Positions 38,732 to 50,018 of a stretch of 64,000 bases of DNA are shown here, piece after piece. Position 1 is the first letter of the stretch, and the number at the start of each line of letters is the position of its first letter. The position numbers and the translations under genes are program-made. Under the pieces are notes generated by a model. It worked only from the letters and a program-made list of their open reading frames with translations, was not told where the DNA came from and ran no database searches. Origin of the DNA: an uncultured Candidatus Binatia bacterium (lineage in GTDB: Bacteria > Desulfobacterota > Binatia > UBA9968 > JAJDTQ01); the NCBI GenBank assembly GCA_965213675.1, contig OZ243916.1, forward strand, positions 3,584,001 through 3,648,000. The letters run 5' to 3'.

Positions 38732-39958
38732 ATGGCCAAGAACAACAACCTCGTGGTCGGGCTCGATATCGGCACTCACAAGATCTGCGCGGTGGTGGGA
38801 GAACAGACCGAGCAGGGCGCCGAAGTGGTGGGCGTGGGGTTCCATCCGTCCAATGGTCTGCGCAAGGGAGTGGTGATCAACATCGAGGCCACCATCGAGG
38901 GCATCAAGAAGGTCGTGGAGGAGGCCGAGATCATGGCCGGCTGCGAGATCAATACGGTCTTCGCGGGCATCGCCGGCGGTCACATCCGCGGGTTCAACAG
39001 CCATGGAGTGGTGGCGGTCAAGAACAAGGAAGTCACGGAAGCCGACATCGACCGGGTCATCGACGCGGCCAAGGCGGTGGCCATCCCCATGGACCAGGAA
39101 GTGCTGCATGTGCTGCCCCAGGAGTTCTCTCTGGACGGCCAGGCAGGCATCCAGGAACCGCGGGGCATGGCCGGCGTGCGCCTCGAGGCCAGCGTGCACA
39201 TCGTCACCGGCGCGGTGGCGGCGGCGCAGAACATCATCAAGTGCTGCAACCGCACCGGCCTCAACGTCGCCGATTTCGTCCTCGAGCCGCTGGCCTCCGC
39301 GGACGCGACCCTGACCCGCGAGGAGCGGGAGCTGGGCGTGGCGCTGGTGGACATGGGCGGCGGCACCACCGACATCGCGCTGTTCCACGGCGGCTCGGTG
39401 AAGCACACCGCGGTGCTGAGCGTGGGCGGCAACCATCTCACCAGCGACATCGCCGCAGGTCTGCACGCGCCGATGGCGGCGGCGGAGCAATTGAAGCAGC
39501 GCTACGGCGCGGTGGGGCGCGAGGTCGTCGACCGCGAGCAGATGCTGGAGGTGCCCAGCGTCGGCGGACGCAGTCCGCGAACGGTGTCACGGCAGGTGTT
39601 GTGCGAGATCATCGAGCCGCGGCTGGAGGAAGTGTTCCATCTCGTGCATCGCGAGATCATCAAGTCCGGTTACGCGCCGCAGGTGGTGTCGGGCATCGTC
39701 ATGACCGGGGGATGCACGCTGCTGCCGGGGATGATCGAGATGGCGGAGGGAATCTTCGATGTGCCGGTGCGTCAGGGCGTGCCGGCCAACGTCGCCGGAT
39801 TGGTGGACGTGGTGTCCAGTCCCGTCTACTCCACCGCCACCGGCCTGCTCCTCTACGGCCTGGGGCAGCAGGACCGCAACCTGTTCCGCGTCCGGGACAA
39901 CGACGTTTTCTTCAAGGTGCGCGGGCGCATGACCGAATGGTTCAAGGAGTTTTTCTGA
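38732..39958 (+). CDS. ftsA: Cell division protein FtsA
   Basis: [25 protein letters not shown]. Confidence 0.97.
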   Translation: MAKNNNLVVGLDIGTHKICAVVGEQTEQGAEVVGVGFHPSNGLRKGVVINIEATIEGIKKVVEEAEIMAGCEINTVFAGIAGGHIRGFNSHGVVAVKNKEVTEADIDRVIDAAKAVAIPMDQEVLHVLPQEFSLDGQAGIQEPRGMAGVRLEASVHIVTGAVAAAQNIIKCCNRTGLNVADFVLEPLASADATLTREERELGVALVDMGGGTTDIALFHGGSVKHTAVLSVGGNHLTSDIAAGLHAPMAAAEQLKQRYGAVGREVVDREQMLEVPSVGGRSPRTVSRQVLCEIIEPRLEEVFHLVHREIIKSGYAPQVVSGIVMTGGCTLLPGMIEMAEGIFDVPVRQGVPANVAGLVDVVSSPVYSTATGLLLYGLGQQDRNLFRVRDNDVFFKVRGRMTEWFKEFF

Positions 39959-40052
39959 GCTCTTGTCTGAGCTTGAGTCCCGGAAGCGGCCGCCGGACCA
40001 CACGCTTCCGATGAGACGGGAACAACAGGAATCCGGAAAAGGAGGGCATGTC

Positions 40053-41276
40053 ATGTTCGAAATGGTGGATCCGATCGAATCGGGAGCCCGAATCAAGGCA
40101 ATCGGCATCGGCGGGGGCGGGGGCAACGCGGTCAACACGATGATCCAGGAAGGCCTCAAGGGAGTGGACTTCATCGTGGCCAACACGGACAGCCAGGCGC
40201 TGGACGCGAACAAGGCCGAGATCAAGATCCAGATAGGGGACTCCCTGACCAAGGGACTGGGCGCCGGCGCCAACCCGGAAGTGGGGCGCCGCGCCGCGAC
40301 GGAGGACAAGGAGCGCATCCGCGAATTCCTCAACGGCGCCGACATGGTCTTCATTACCGCGGGGATGGGCGGCGGCACGGGCACCGGCGGCGCGCCGGTC
40401 ATCGCCAGCGTCGCGCGCGAGGTGGGCGCGCTGACGGTGGGCGTGGTCACCAAGCCCTTCATCTTCGAAGGCAAGCGCCGCATGCAGCAGGCCGAAGAAG
40501 GCATCCGGGAACTCAAGGACAAGGTGGACACCCTCGTGGTCATCCCCAACCAGCGTCTGCTCAGCATCGCCGGCAAATCCACCACGTTGCTGGAGACCTT
40601 CACGGTGGCCGACGGGGTGGTGACCCAGGCGGTCCGGGGAATCGCCGATCTGATCGTGACGCCGGGGCTCATCAATCTCGACTTCGCCGACGTGCGCACG
40701 GTCATGCGGGAGATGGGCTTCGCGCTCATGGGGGCGGCCTCCGCCACCGGCGAGAACCGCGCCATCGAGGCGGCGCAGCAGGCGATTTCGAGTCCGCTGC
40801 TGGAGGATGTTTCCATCAACGGCGCGCGCGGGGTGCTGATCAACGTCACCGGCGGCCCTGACATGAGCCTGTTCGAGGTCAACGAGGCGGCTACCCTGAT
40901 CCAGGGCGAAGCCCACGAGGACGCCACCATCATCTTCGGCGCGGTGATCGATGAAACCGTCGGGGAAGAAATGCGGATCACGGTCATTGCCACGGGCTTC
41001 GGAGACGAAGCCGCGCGCGCGCCGCTGCCGCCAGCGGATAGGAAAGACGCGCCATCGCAGCAGAAGCCGGGGCCGTTGGGTGGAGGCCCGCGGGATGCGC
41101 GGGAGAAGAAGGTCGTGCACCTCGGAACCCTGATAGACGACGAGTTCGGCGGTTCGACCTGGCAACGGCCCGAGGAAGCCGAGTCGGGCTTTCCTCAGCC
41201 CATCGATCTCGAGGAAAAGGATGTGGCCGAGGACGACTTCGACATCCCGACGTTCCTGCGCAAACGGATGGACTAG
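40053..41276 (+). CDS. ftsZ: Cell division protein FtsZ
   Basis: [30 protein letters not shown]; GGAGG RBS. Confidence 0.98.
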   Translation: MFEMVDPIESGARIKAIGIGGGGGNAVNTMIQEGLKGVDFIVANTDSQALDANKAEIKIQIGDSLTKGLGAGANPEVGRRAATEDKERIREFLNGADMVFITAGMGGGTGTGGAPVIASVAREVGALTVGVVTKPFIFEGKRRMQQAEEGIRELKDKVDTLVVIPNQRLLSIAGKSTTLLETFTVADGVVTQAVRGIADLIVTPGLINLDFADVRTVMREMGFALMGAASATGENRAIEAAQQAISSPLLEDVSINGARGVLINVTGGPDMSLFEVNEAATLIQGEAHEDATIIFGAVIDETVGEEMRITVIATGFGDEAARAPLPPADRKDAPSQQKPGPLGGGPRDAREKKVVHLGTLIDDEFGGSTWQRPEEAESGFPQPIDLEEKDVAEDDFDIPTFLRKRMD

Positions 41277-41357
41277 GAGCCTGCGTCGCAGGACTTCGCG
41301 AAAGCGAAAATTCGCCATCGCCGTCCCTGCGGTCGGTCGATTGAGGAGAAACTCAGG

Positions 41358-41603
41358 TCAAATTTGACGAGAGTGGACGGGACGCCGCAGCAGCAGCGGC
41401 AGGGTTCCCCAGACTCCGAAGACCAGTCCGGCCAAGGTCCAGTACGTCTGGTTGCGCCCGCCGTACCGGGCGACGAAGAAGCACAGGATGCCGTCGCACA
41501 TGTGTATGGCCGCCACCGTGGCGAGCAGTGTCCGGGGCTCGAGGTCGGGCGTGATGAGGTAGACGCCCGAAGCGTATCCAAGCAGTGAAATCAGGTCGGT
41601 CAT
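41358..41603 (-). CDS. Small hypothetical membrane protein (81 aa)
   Basis: Hydrophobic helices, ARYGGRN...WTLAGLVFGVWG; fills the ftsZ-mtnA gap. Confidence 0.65.
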   Translation of the reverse strand: MTDLISLLGYASGVYLITPDLEPRTLLATVAAIHMCDGILCFFVARYGGRNQTYWTLAGLVFGVWGTLPLLLRRPVHSRQI

Positions 41604-41705
41604 GCCGCGGATGGTTGGGCGGGCACGCCGTGTCCGGCGACCCTTGATCCTCGCTTGATCGGTACTATATTTGAGCACAAAAGATAAACGACCATCGGAA
41701 TAGAC

Positions 41706-42743
<1,038 letters not shown>

Positions 42744-42785
42744 GCCGCAGACAGTGTCCCCGCATCCCTTCCAGAGAAAGGCGCC

Positions 42786-44129
42786 ATGGCTGTAATCGAG
42801 AGGAAGGACGAGCTGGAAGCGCACTTCCACGAGGCCGGCAAGCCGCGCGAGCAGTGGCGCGTAGGCACGGAATACGAAAAGGTCGGCATCGAGCGCGACA
42901 CGGCCAAGGCATTGTCCTACTCGGGCCGCCGCGGCGTCCGCGCCATTCTGGAAGGGCTCGCGAGCGACTACGACTGGGAACCGCAGCACGAGGAAGGCTT
43001 TCTCATCGGGCTGAAGCGCGGCAATCATGCCATCACCCTGGAGCCCGGCGGCCAGATCGAGTTGAGCGGCGAGCCGTGCGACGACATCCATTGCAGCAAC
43101 GCCGAGTTCTCCCAGCACATTCGCGAGCTCATCGACGTCGCCGGGCGATTCAACGTGGCCTTTCTCGGTCTCGGGATGCAGCCCTTCAGCCGGGTGGACG
43201 AGATCGAGTGGTTGCCCAAGCGGCGCTACCGCATCATGGGACCCTACATGTCCAGGGTCGGGACCCTGGGACACCGCATGATGAAGCAGACCGCCACGGT
43301 GCAGGCCAACATCGATTACGGCGACGAAAAAGACGCCATGGCGAAGCTGCGCACGACCATGGGACTGGCGCCGGTCATCGGCGCGGCGTTCGCCAATTCG
43401 CCCATTTCGGACGGCGCACCCAACGGGTTCAAGAGCTACCGCGGCCACATCTGGACACGCACGGACGCGGACCGGAGCGGGCTGCTGGAGTTCTGCTTCG
43501 CCCCCGACGCCAACTTTCACCACTACGTGGAATACGCCCTCGACGTCCCCATGTACCTCATCGTTCGGGACGGAAACTATATCGACATGACCGGAATCCC
43601 CTTCCGGCGTTTCCTGGAGCAGGGCCACCAGGGCCAGTACGCCACCATGGCCGACTGGGAGCTTCACCTGACCACGCTCTTTCCCGAGGTGCGCCTGAAG
43701 CACTACATGGAGTTCCGCTCCGCCGATAGTCAGGCGCCGGAACTCATGCCGGCGTTGCCGGCGCTCATCAAGGGTCTGTGCTACAACGCCGACTGCCTGG
43801 GCGCGGCTTGGGATCTGGTCAAGGGCTGGACCTTCGACGAGCGCATGACCCTGTACCACGACTCCCACAGGGATGGACTCGCCGCGCGTTTCCGCCGCTA
43901 CACCCTGGGCGACGTGGCCAAGGAAATGGTGGATATCGCCTGGGAGGGACTCGTGCGCCAGCGCGCGCTCAGCCGCCGCGGCGAGGACGAGACCATTCAC
44001 CTCAAGCCCCTGCGCGACCTTGTGCAACAGGACCTCTGTCCCGCGGACATCGTTCTTTCCAAGTGGCGCGGGGAGTTCCACCAGGACCTTCGCCGTCTCA
44101 TCGAGGACAGCTCGTACAAGCTGCCGTAG
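42786..44129 (+). CDS. gshA: Glutamate--cysteine ligase (GCS2, plant/alphaproteobacterial type)
   Basis: GTEYEK, LEPGGQIELSG, PKRRYRIM, FANSP, LTTLFPEVRLK. Confidence 0.9.
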   Translation: MAVIERKDELEAHFHEAGKPREQWRVGTEYEKVGIERDTAKALSYSGRRGVRAILEGLASDYDWEPQHEEGFLIGLKRGNHAITLEPGGQIELSGEPCDDIHCSNAEFSQHIRELIDVAGRFNVAFLGLGMQPFSRVDEIEWLPKRRYRIMGPYMSRVGTLGHRMMKQTATVQANIDYGDEKDAMAKLRTTMGLAPVIGAAFANSPISDGAPNGFKSYRGHIWTRTDADRSGLLEFCFAPDANFHHYVEYALDVPMYLIVRDGNYIDMTGIPFRRFLEQGHQGQYATMADWELHLTTLFPEVRLKHYMEFRSADSQAPELMPALPALIKGLCYNADCLGAAWDLVKGWTFDERMTLYHDSHRDGLAARFRRYTLGDVAKEMVDIAWEGLVRQRALSRRGEDETIHLKPLRDLVQQDLCPADIVLSKWRGEFHQDLRRLIEDSSYKLP

Positions 44130-44311
44130 GCGCGGCATGGCATGGCGGCATGGCTGGACTTTTGCCGTCCTTCACGCTAATATCCGGCTGATCTTTTCGT
44201 GGGTGTGACGGTCCACAGTTGACAGTCGACATGTGACAGTCCACACCAGCCTCTGGAGCGGTCAGGCAAGCCGGCCGACTCCACGACGGGGCAACGGGAA
44301 GACGCGTACTG

Positions 44312-44344
44312 CCGCTTGGATCCGGAAACGCCGGACCGAGACGG
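44312..44344 (+). ncRNA. pan RNA motif stem-loop (leader of panB)
   Basis: CCG-CTTGG-A-TCC...GGA-CCGAG-A-CGG, a stem with two bulged A residues upstream of panB. Confidence 0.75.
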
Positions 44345-44386
44345 ATGAGACATTCTGGCTCCCATCGTTTCCACGGTAGCGGGATG

Positions 44387-44417
44387 GCCTTCCGGATCGA
44401 TCCGGAAGGCTTTTTTT
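44387..44417 (+). terminator. Intrinsic terminator/attenuator in the panB leader
   Basis: GCCTTCCGGA-TCGA-TCCGGAAGGC followed by T7. Confidence 0.85.
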
Positions 44418-44502
44418 GTTTTGGCCTTATGTTTCGGCCTTTTTGTTTCGGCCTTGCCCATGACTTGTTGGCGGCCGCGATCAATACCGAGGAGGTCACC
44501 GA

Positions 44503-45306
44503 ATGGGACGGAAAATGACGGCGCCGGGAATCCGTGGCATGAAGGAACGCGGCGACAAGATCGTCTGCCTGACGGCCTATGATTACTGTTTTGCCCGCAT
44601 CCTGGACGAAGCTGGCATCGACCTCATGCTGGTGGGCGATTCGCTGGGTTCGGTGGTGCAGGGGCACGAGAGCACGCTGCCCGTCACCCTCGAGGACATC
44701 ATCTACCATACGCGCGCGGTGATCCGCGGACGCCGGCGCGCTCTGGTGGTTGCCGACATGCCTTTCATGACTTTCCAGCTGGGCGTGGACGACGCCCGGC
44801 GCAACGCCGGCCGGCTGGTGCAGGAGGGCGGCGCCGAGGCGGTCAAGCTCGAAGGCGGCGTGACCCAGGCGGCGGCCATCGAAGCGCTGGTGAAGATGGG
44901 CGTGCCGGTCATGGGACACGTGGGGCTCACGCCCCAGTCCGTGCACCAGTTCGGCGGCTACCGCATTCAGGGGCGCGGCGAGGCCGACGCCCGCGCCATC
45001 CTCGACGACGCGCTGGCGGTGGAAGAAGCCGGCGCGTTCGCCGTGGTTCTGGAGGGTATGCCCGTGCAGCTTGCCAGGGAAATCACCCAGCGTCTGACCA
45101 TCCCCACCATCGGTATCGGCGCCGGCATGCACTGCGATGGGCAGATCCTCGTGGTGCACGACATGCTGGGCCTTTTCGATGATTTCACCCCCAGTTTCGT
45201 CAAGCGCTACGCCGATCTCAAGGCCACCATCGGGGATGCGGTGCGGAGTTATATGGATGAGGTGCGGACCGAAGCCTTCCCGGCGGAGGAGCACGCGTAC
45301 CACTAA
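44503..45306 (+). CDS. panB: Ketopantoate hydroxymethyltransferase
   Basis: [32 protein letters not shown]. Confidence 0.97.
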   Translation: MGRKMTAPGIRGMKERGDKIVCLTAYDYCFARILDEAGIDLMLVGDSLGSVVQGHESTLPVTLEDIIYHTRAVIRGRRRALVVADMPFMTFQLGVDDARRNAGRLVQEGGAEAVKLEGGVTQAAAIEALVKMGVPVMGHVGLTPQSVHQFGGYRIQGRGEADARAILDDALAVEEAGAFAVVLEGMPVQLAREITQRLTIPTIGIGAGMHCDGQILVVHDMLGLFDDFTPSFVKRYADLKATIGDAVRSYMDEVRTEAFPAEEHAYH

Positions 45307-46166
45307 TGCCGGCGTTGCCCGCGATACAGGCCACTCCCGAGATGCAGGCATGGAGCGAGCATGCCCGGCGCCGCGGGGAGCGCATCGTTCTGGTGCCCAC
45401 CATGGGCTTCCTGCACGAGGGTCATCTGAGCCTTGTGCGCGCGGGCCGCGAGCACGGCGAACGCCTTGTGGTCTCCATCTTCGCCAACCCGGCACAGTTC
45501 GCGCCGTCCGAGGATTTCGACAGCTATCCCAGGGACCTGGACCGCGACGTGCGCCTGCTCGCCGCGGAGGGAGTGGACCTGCTGTTCAACCCCACCGCCG
45601 CCGACATGTACCCGAGCGGCTATCAGACCTGGGTGGATGTGGAAGACGTCAGCCGACCGCTCTGCGGCGCCCACCGGCCCGGGCATTTCCGCGGCGTGGC
45701 CACGGTGGTGCTGAAGCTCTTCCACATCGTGCGGCCCCACGTGGCTGTTTTCGGACTCAAGGACTACCAGCAGGTCCGGGTGATTCGCCGCATGGTCCTG
45801 GACCTCAACGTGGACGTCGAAATCGTGGCGTGTCCCACCGTGCGCGAGCCCGACGGTGTCGCCATGAGTTCGCGAAATCGCTACCTGCAAAGGGCCGAGC
45901 GGGGCGCGGCCGCGTGTCTGCAAGGCGCGCTGGGCAAGGCCGAGGCGTTGGTGCGCGGCGGCGAGACACGCGCCGCGAAAATCCGTGACGCGGTAATGGT
46001 GGAGATCCGACGCCAGCCCCTGGCGCGCCTGGAATACGTGGAGCTGTGCGACCCCGAGGCGCTGACGCCGGTGACGGAGATCCACGGACCCACGCTGCTG
46101 GCCGTGTGCGCGTGGGTGGGCAAGGCGCGCCTCATCGACAACCGTGTCCTGTCGCGTTTGTCCTGA
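45306..46166 (+). CDS. panC: Pantoate--beta-alanine ligase
   Basis: PTMGFLHEGH, RPGHFRGV, KDYQQ, AMSSRN, RLIDN. Confidence 0.97.
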   Translation: MPALPAIQATPEMQAWSEHARRRGERIVLVPTMGFLHEGHLSLVRAGREHGERLVVSIFANPAQFAPSEDFDSYPRDLDRDVRLLAAEGVDLLFNPTAADMYPSGYQTWVDVEDVSRPLCGAHRPGHFRGVATVVLKLFHIVRPHVAVFGLKDYQQVRVIRRMVLDLNVDVEIVACPTVREPDGVAMSSRNRYLQRAERGAAACLQGALGKAEALVRGGETRAAKIRDAVMVEIRRQPLARLEYVELCDPEALTPVTEIHGPTLLAVCAWVGKARLIDNRVLSRLS

Positions 46167-46303
46167 GCGTGTGGAAACGCCCGTGACGAATGGAGGAAGT
46201 TGCACCGCTCTTCCTGAGCGTGCGGAAGCGCCCGTGAACAACGGCGGAACCTGCGCTGTTCGTCCTCAGCGCGGCGGAGCGCAGGCGGAGCGAGGTCGAG
46301 GGG
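46161..46303. repeat. Degenerate REP-like repeats between panC and smpB
   Basis: TCCTGAGCGTG.GGAA.CGCCCGTGA twice (46161, 46212) and a third TCCTCAGCGC...GGTCGAGGG unit. Confidence 0.5.
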
Positions 46304-46345
46304 TGCTCCACTTGAGTGACCTCGCCGATCAACCGGAGCTGTCCC

Positions 46346-46819
46346 ATGGCCGATAGCAGGAAAGCCGCGGAGAAGAACGTCACCGTCAACCGGCGCGCGC
46401 GCCGCGAATACTCCATCGAGGAGTCGTTCGAGGCCGGCATGGTGCTCCTGGGCAGCGAGGTCAAGTCGCTGCGCGACGGGCGCGCGAACCTGGCGGACAG
46501 CTACGCCCGCGTCGACAAGGGCGAGGTGGTGCTGGTCAACTCCCACATCAGCCCGTATCCGGCCGCCAACATGTTCAATCACGAACCCACGCGACCGCGA
46601 AAGCTGCTGCTGCACAAGCGCGAGATTTCGCGCCTTATGGGAAAAGTCAAGGAACGCGGCTTGACCTTGATCCCACTCAAGCTATACTTCAAGGACGGGC
46701 GCGCGAAAGTGGAGCTGGGCTTGGCCCGCGGCAAGAAACTTTACGACAAGCGCGCCACGGTCAAGGAACGGATGGCCCGGCGGGAAATGGAACGGTCCAT
46801 GAAGAGCCGTGGCGGCTGA
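46346..46819 (+). CDS. smpB: SsrA-binding protein
   Basis: NRRAR, EAG.VL.GSEVKSLR, RKLLLHKREI, GKKLYDKR. Confidence 0.98.
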   Translation: MADSRKAAEKNVTVNRRARREYSIEESFEAGMVLLGSEVKSLRDGRANLADSYARVDKGEVVLVNSHISPYPAANMFNHEPTRPRKLLLHKREISRLMGKVKERGLTLIPLKLYFKDGRAKVELGLARGKKLYDKRATVKERMARREMERSMKSRGG

Positions 46820-46948
46820 GGGCGGAGCGACAGCCGTGGAGCGAAAGTCATGGCATTTTGTCGTGGGGCGTTTTGTCATCGGGCATTTCGGTCGGGTTAT
46901 CGCATCGGGCGAATCTTTCGGACCGGGTTCATCGGTTCGATTCTTTAT

Positions 46949-47298
46949 GGGGGCGAAACGGGTTCGACGGGGGTGGGAAGTCAAAGTGGCATGCCGGGGT
47001 CCTGCGGCCTCGTCAAAAACGCAGGACTGCAAGTAACTGCAGACGAACAAGAATACGCTCTGGCTGCATAGATAGCCAGCGTCTTGCCGGCTTTCTCCCG
47101 CGGGGCCGGACAAGGCGTCATTCAGCGGGATGGACCGATTCCTCTGCCGGAGGGGATGAGGTCGAGATCCAAACCGGCTGGTCGCGCAAGACCCTGTCGC
47201 CGGGGGCTTGGACGGCGAGACTCATACGGCGACTAAGCATGTAGTCACTTCTGGCGGAAAGCCTTCGGACGGGGGTTCGATTCCCCCCGCCTCCACCA
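46949..47298 (+). ncRNA. ssrA: tmRNA; tag peptide (A)DEQEYALAA at 47039-47071
   Basis: 5' GGGGGCGAAACGGGTTCGAC; 3' GGACGGGGGTTCGATTCCCCCCGCCTCCACCA; follows smpB. Confidence 0.97.
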
Positions 47299-47392
47299 AT
47301 CACCATGACGAATCGGACGAATTGCCCAGCGGCGACTCGTGGTTCTTCCCGTTCAACCGCGGCTGGAACGACGGGCCGGCAATCCCTCGAAC

Positions 47393-48004
47393 TCACCCGT
47401 GGCCGGGTATCCCGTCGTAAGCGTGCTCGCCCCAGACTTCCTTCACCCGGCGGTCCCGGCCGCAACTGAAGCGGTAGTAGCGGTAGCGGACCGGGTTCTT
47501 CGTGTAATAGTCCTGGTGGTAGTCTTCCGCGGCGTAGAACGGTTCGGCGGAAAGTATCGGCGTGACGATGGGATTTTCGACCCGTTCCTGCGCCGCTTTC
47601 TTCGAGGCCTCCGCCAAGGCACGCTCCTTCTCATTGCCCACGAAGACCGCGGTCTTGTAAGAGTCGCCGCGGTCGCAGAACTGGCCGCCGTCGTCGGTGG
47701 GATCCACCGAGTGCCAGAACGCCGTGAGCAGCGCCTCGTAGCTCACCTTGCCCGGGTCGTAGGTGATCTCCACCGCCTCGTAGTGTCCGGTGTCGCCGGT
47801 GGTGACCTGCCTGTAGGTCGGGTCGGTGGTCTTGCCGCCGGTGTAGCCTGAGACCGTCGAGACCACTCCGGGTATCTTGTCGAAGTCGGATTCGACGCAC
47901 CAGAAACAGCCGCCGGCAAACACGGCCTTGTGGAGTTGTTGCGCCCCCGCTGCGTGGGTGAGGAACAGCAGCGCCGCGGCAAGGATGAGCATCGTCGGCT
48001 TCAT
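47393..48004 (-). CDS. msrA: Exported methionine sulfoxide reductase A
   Basis: Signal peptide, AGGCFWC, GYTGG, GHYEAV, GQFCDRG, AEDYHQDYY. Confidence 0.95.
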   Translation of the reverse strand: MKPTMLILAAALLFLTHAAGAQQLHKAVFAGGCFWCVESDFDKIPGVVSTVSGYTGGKTTDPTYRQVTTGDTGHYEAVEITYDPGKVSYEALLTAFWHSVDPTDDGGQFCDRGDSYKTAVFVGNEKERALAEASKKAAQERVENPIVTPILSAEPFYAAEDYHQDYYTKNPVRYRYYRFSCGRDRRVKEVWGEHAYDGIPGHG

Positions 48005-48063
48005 GATCCACCTCCACATCCATCTAACCCGAATGCAGCGGCAGCCTCAAGCGGAAACCACAC

Positions 48064-48225
48064 TAGTGTGGTGTCTGGTTAATACGCGACATAAACTGCG
48101 GGTCTTTTTCGCCGTCGGCTGCGTTGCTCTTCCTCGCGTGGTACCCGCCACTGCTCGTCATCGCGCCTTGCCGACAACAAAAAATCCTCCGCACATTATG
48201 ACGCGAATTAACCAGACACCACACT
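48064..48225. repeat. Palindromic MITE-like element, copy 2 (most complete)
   Basis: IR AGTGTGGTGTCTGGTTAAT / ATTAACCAGACACCACACT; near-identical to 6159-6316. Confidence 0.88.
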
Positions 48226-48386
48226 CGTTCAGGACATTCATTCCATGCCGGCGACACAGGACCGCGCGGGGCAAGCTCCCGGGCCGAAGCGTGGCAACAG
48301 GCTTGAATTTTGTCCCGATCCTTCCTATTGTCCGGCAACGGCCCGCGACCGGCGGGCATGGCTGCACCAACCGAGGGAGCGATGTG

Positions 48387-48713
48387 ATGGGGGAACTGGA
48401 AGAGAAGATCGGAGCGGACTATCTGAGGCTCCTGGCAGCCCGGCAGCGTCTGACCGTCCTGGACGGAAAGGCCAAGAAAATGGCAGCCGACCTGAATATG
48501 GCGATCCAGGTCTTGATCGGCCAGGAGACGGGCCACATGGACGACAAAGGCGTCTTTCACGTCCATACGCGCGCGAAGAGCGGCGTGCCCCTGCGGCATC
48601 TGGCGTTGCCCACGATCAACGAGCTGGACGCGGTGGTGCGGTACAAGAAGAAGGCCAGGGAGGAAGTGGAAGTCCTGGAAAAACAGTTCAAGGACCTCGA
48701 AGCGAGATTGTGA
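48387..48713 (+). CDS. Hypothetical protein (108 aa)
   Basis: GAGGGAG RBS, GC3-biased codons, helical/coiled-coil character; no recognised motif. Confidence 0.65.
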   Translation: MGELEEKIGADYLRLLAARQRLTVLDGKAKKMAADLNMAIQVLIGQETGHMDDKGVFHVHTRAKSGVPLRHLALPTINELDAVVRYKKKAREEVEVLEKQFKDLEARL

Positions 48714-48816
48714 CGTTTCACATCAGCGACCGCGACGGACAACCGTCGACGTTGATACACGCGCCCGAGATCCAGCCATGCTCCAGTGCCGAGTTCCACG
48801 TCAATGTTGACGAGGG

Positions 48817-48914
48817 TGCGCAGGATGTTTCGTTGTCGGCAAGGCGCGATGACGAGCCGTGGCGGTTACCACGCGAGGAAGAGCAACGCAGCCGACGACG
48901 AACAAGACCAGCAG
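48817..48914 (-). repeat. Core of the palindromic element, copy 3 (inverted, diverged, different flanks)
   Basis: 98 bp reverse complement of the copy-2 core, 8 mismatches by manual alignment. Confidence 0.8.
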
Positions 48915-48951
48915 ACCTGGCTGACGGCAACTCTTGCGGCAGCGCATGGTC

Positions 48952-49893
48952 TTACGGCAGCGCATGGGAGGCGCCCTCTTTACGAGGTTTCCGGAAGCCC
49001 ATCCAACTCCACTGGTCCGGGTGGCGTCGTACCATGTCCTCGATTTCCCGAACGAACAGGCGAGCGTTGGCCCGCAGATCCGCTTCCCGATCCCCGGTAT
49101 TCACGAAGCGGATTTCGGGTTTGACGTGAAGCGTGAGGCGGTTGTCGCGGCCGCGCACCATGAAGACCGGGAGGACCGCGGCCCCCGTGCGCTGGGCGAT
49201 GGATACGGGGCCTTTGGGCGCGGGCGCGCGGCGTCCCAGGAAGTCCACTTCGACTCCAGCGGCCCGGAATTCGTCCGGCACGACCAGGACGATCCCGTTG
49301 CGCCGCAGTGCCTTGATGATACGCGGCACCGACTCGCGCCGGGGACGGGCGGAGATGACTCGGACCCCGACGCGCGTGATGTACCCGGTTTGCAGCGCGG
49401 CGAAACGCTCATCCCGGGGGAGCTTCAGGAGCACGCTGAAGTCATGGCCGTCGGCCGCAAGCCGCGGCCCGATCATGGGGAAGTTGCCGAGATGGGCGCT
49501 CAACGCGAGTACGCCCTGGTTCCGCGCCAGCGCGGCGCGGAGATGCTCCTGGCCGTCGATCTCTATGCGCGTGCGGATCTCGTCGTTCGTCATGTAGAGG
49601 GTGGCGAACGCTTCCAGGAAGCTCTGTGCGAAGTTGCGCCACGCGCGGTGCACTACCTTGCGGCGGTGCGTCTCGGTGGGCAACTCCTCGGCCATGGTCT
49701 GCGCCAGGGTGTCGCGCATGCGTTTCCGGTAGCGCCACAAGAGCACACGGCTCACCCGCTCAACGGTTCCGGCCAGGAACGGCGTCGCCCATCCGGGCAG
49801 CCAGCGCAGGCTGCCAACGAACGCACGAATCAGAGCCTCTCCGGCGCGGTAACGGGTATGGTACCACAGGCCCTTCCGTCGACCTTGTTTCAT
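48952..49893 (-). CDS. Lipid A lauroyl / lysophospholipid acyltransferase (LpxL/HtrB family)
   Basis: LSAHLGNF, VDFLG, GP..IA.RTGA, PDQWSW. Confidence 0.85.
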   Translation of the reverse strand: MKQGRRKGLWYHTRYRAGEALIRAFVGSLRWLPGWATPFLAGTVERVSRVLLWRYRKRMRDTLAQTMAEELPTETHRRKVVHRAWRNFAQSFLEAFATLYMTNDEIRTRIEIDGQEHLRAALARNQGVLALSAHLGNFPMIGPRLAADGHDFSVLLKLPRDERFAALQTGYITRVGVRVISARPRRESVPRIIKALRRNGIVLVVPDEFRAAGVEVDFLGRRAPAPKGPVSIAQRTGAAVLPVFMVRGRDNRLTLHVKPEIRFVNTGDREADLRANARLFVREIEDMVRRHPDQWSWMGFRKPRKEGASHALP

Positions 49894-50018
49894 GGCTTGA
49901 CCGCCGTCCTGATGGTTTCACAAGCCTGTTCGTGACGCAGGACATTCCAGGGAGTGGCCACCGGTCGCCCCCACATGCGCCCGTGATGGATTCCAACCAG
50001 GGACGACCCGTGGTCTCC

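Noticed and set aside
44230-44417. 6S RNA candidate
   Set aside because: Better explained as pan motif plus terminator; no long 6S-like rod with central bubble evident
46161-46303. CRISPR-like array
   Set aside because: Only 2-3 degenerate units, short spacers, no cas genes
47299-48950. Integrative island at the tmRNA 3' end
   Set aside because: No integrase and no duplicated ssrA 3' end (att site) seen
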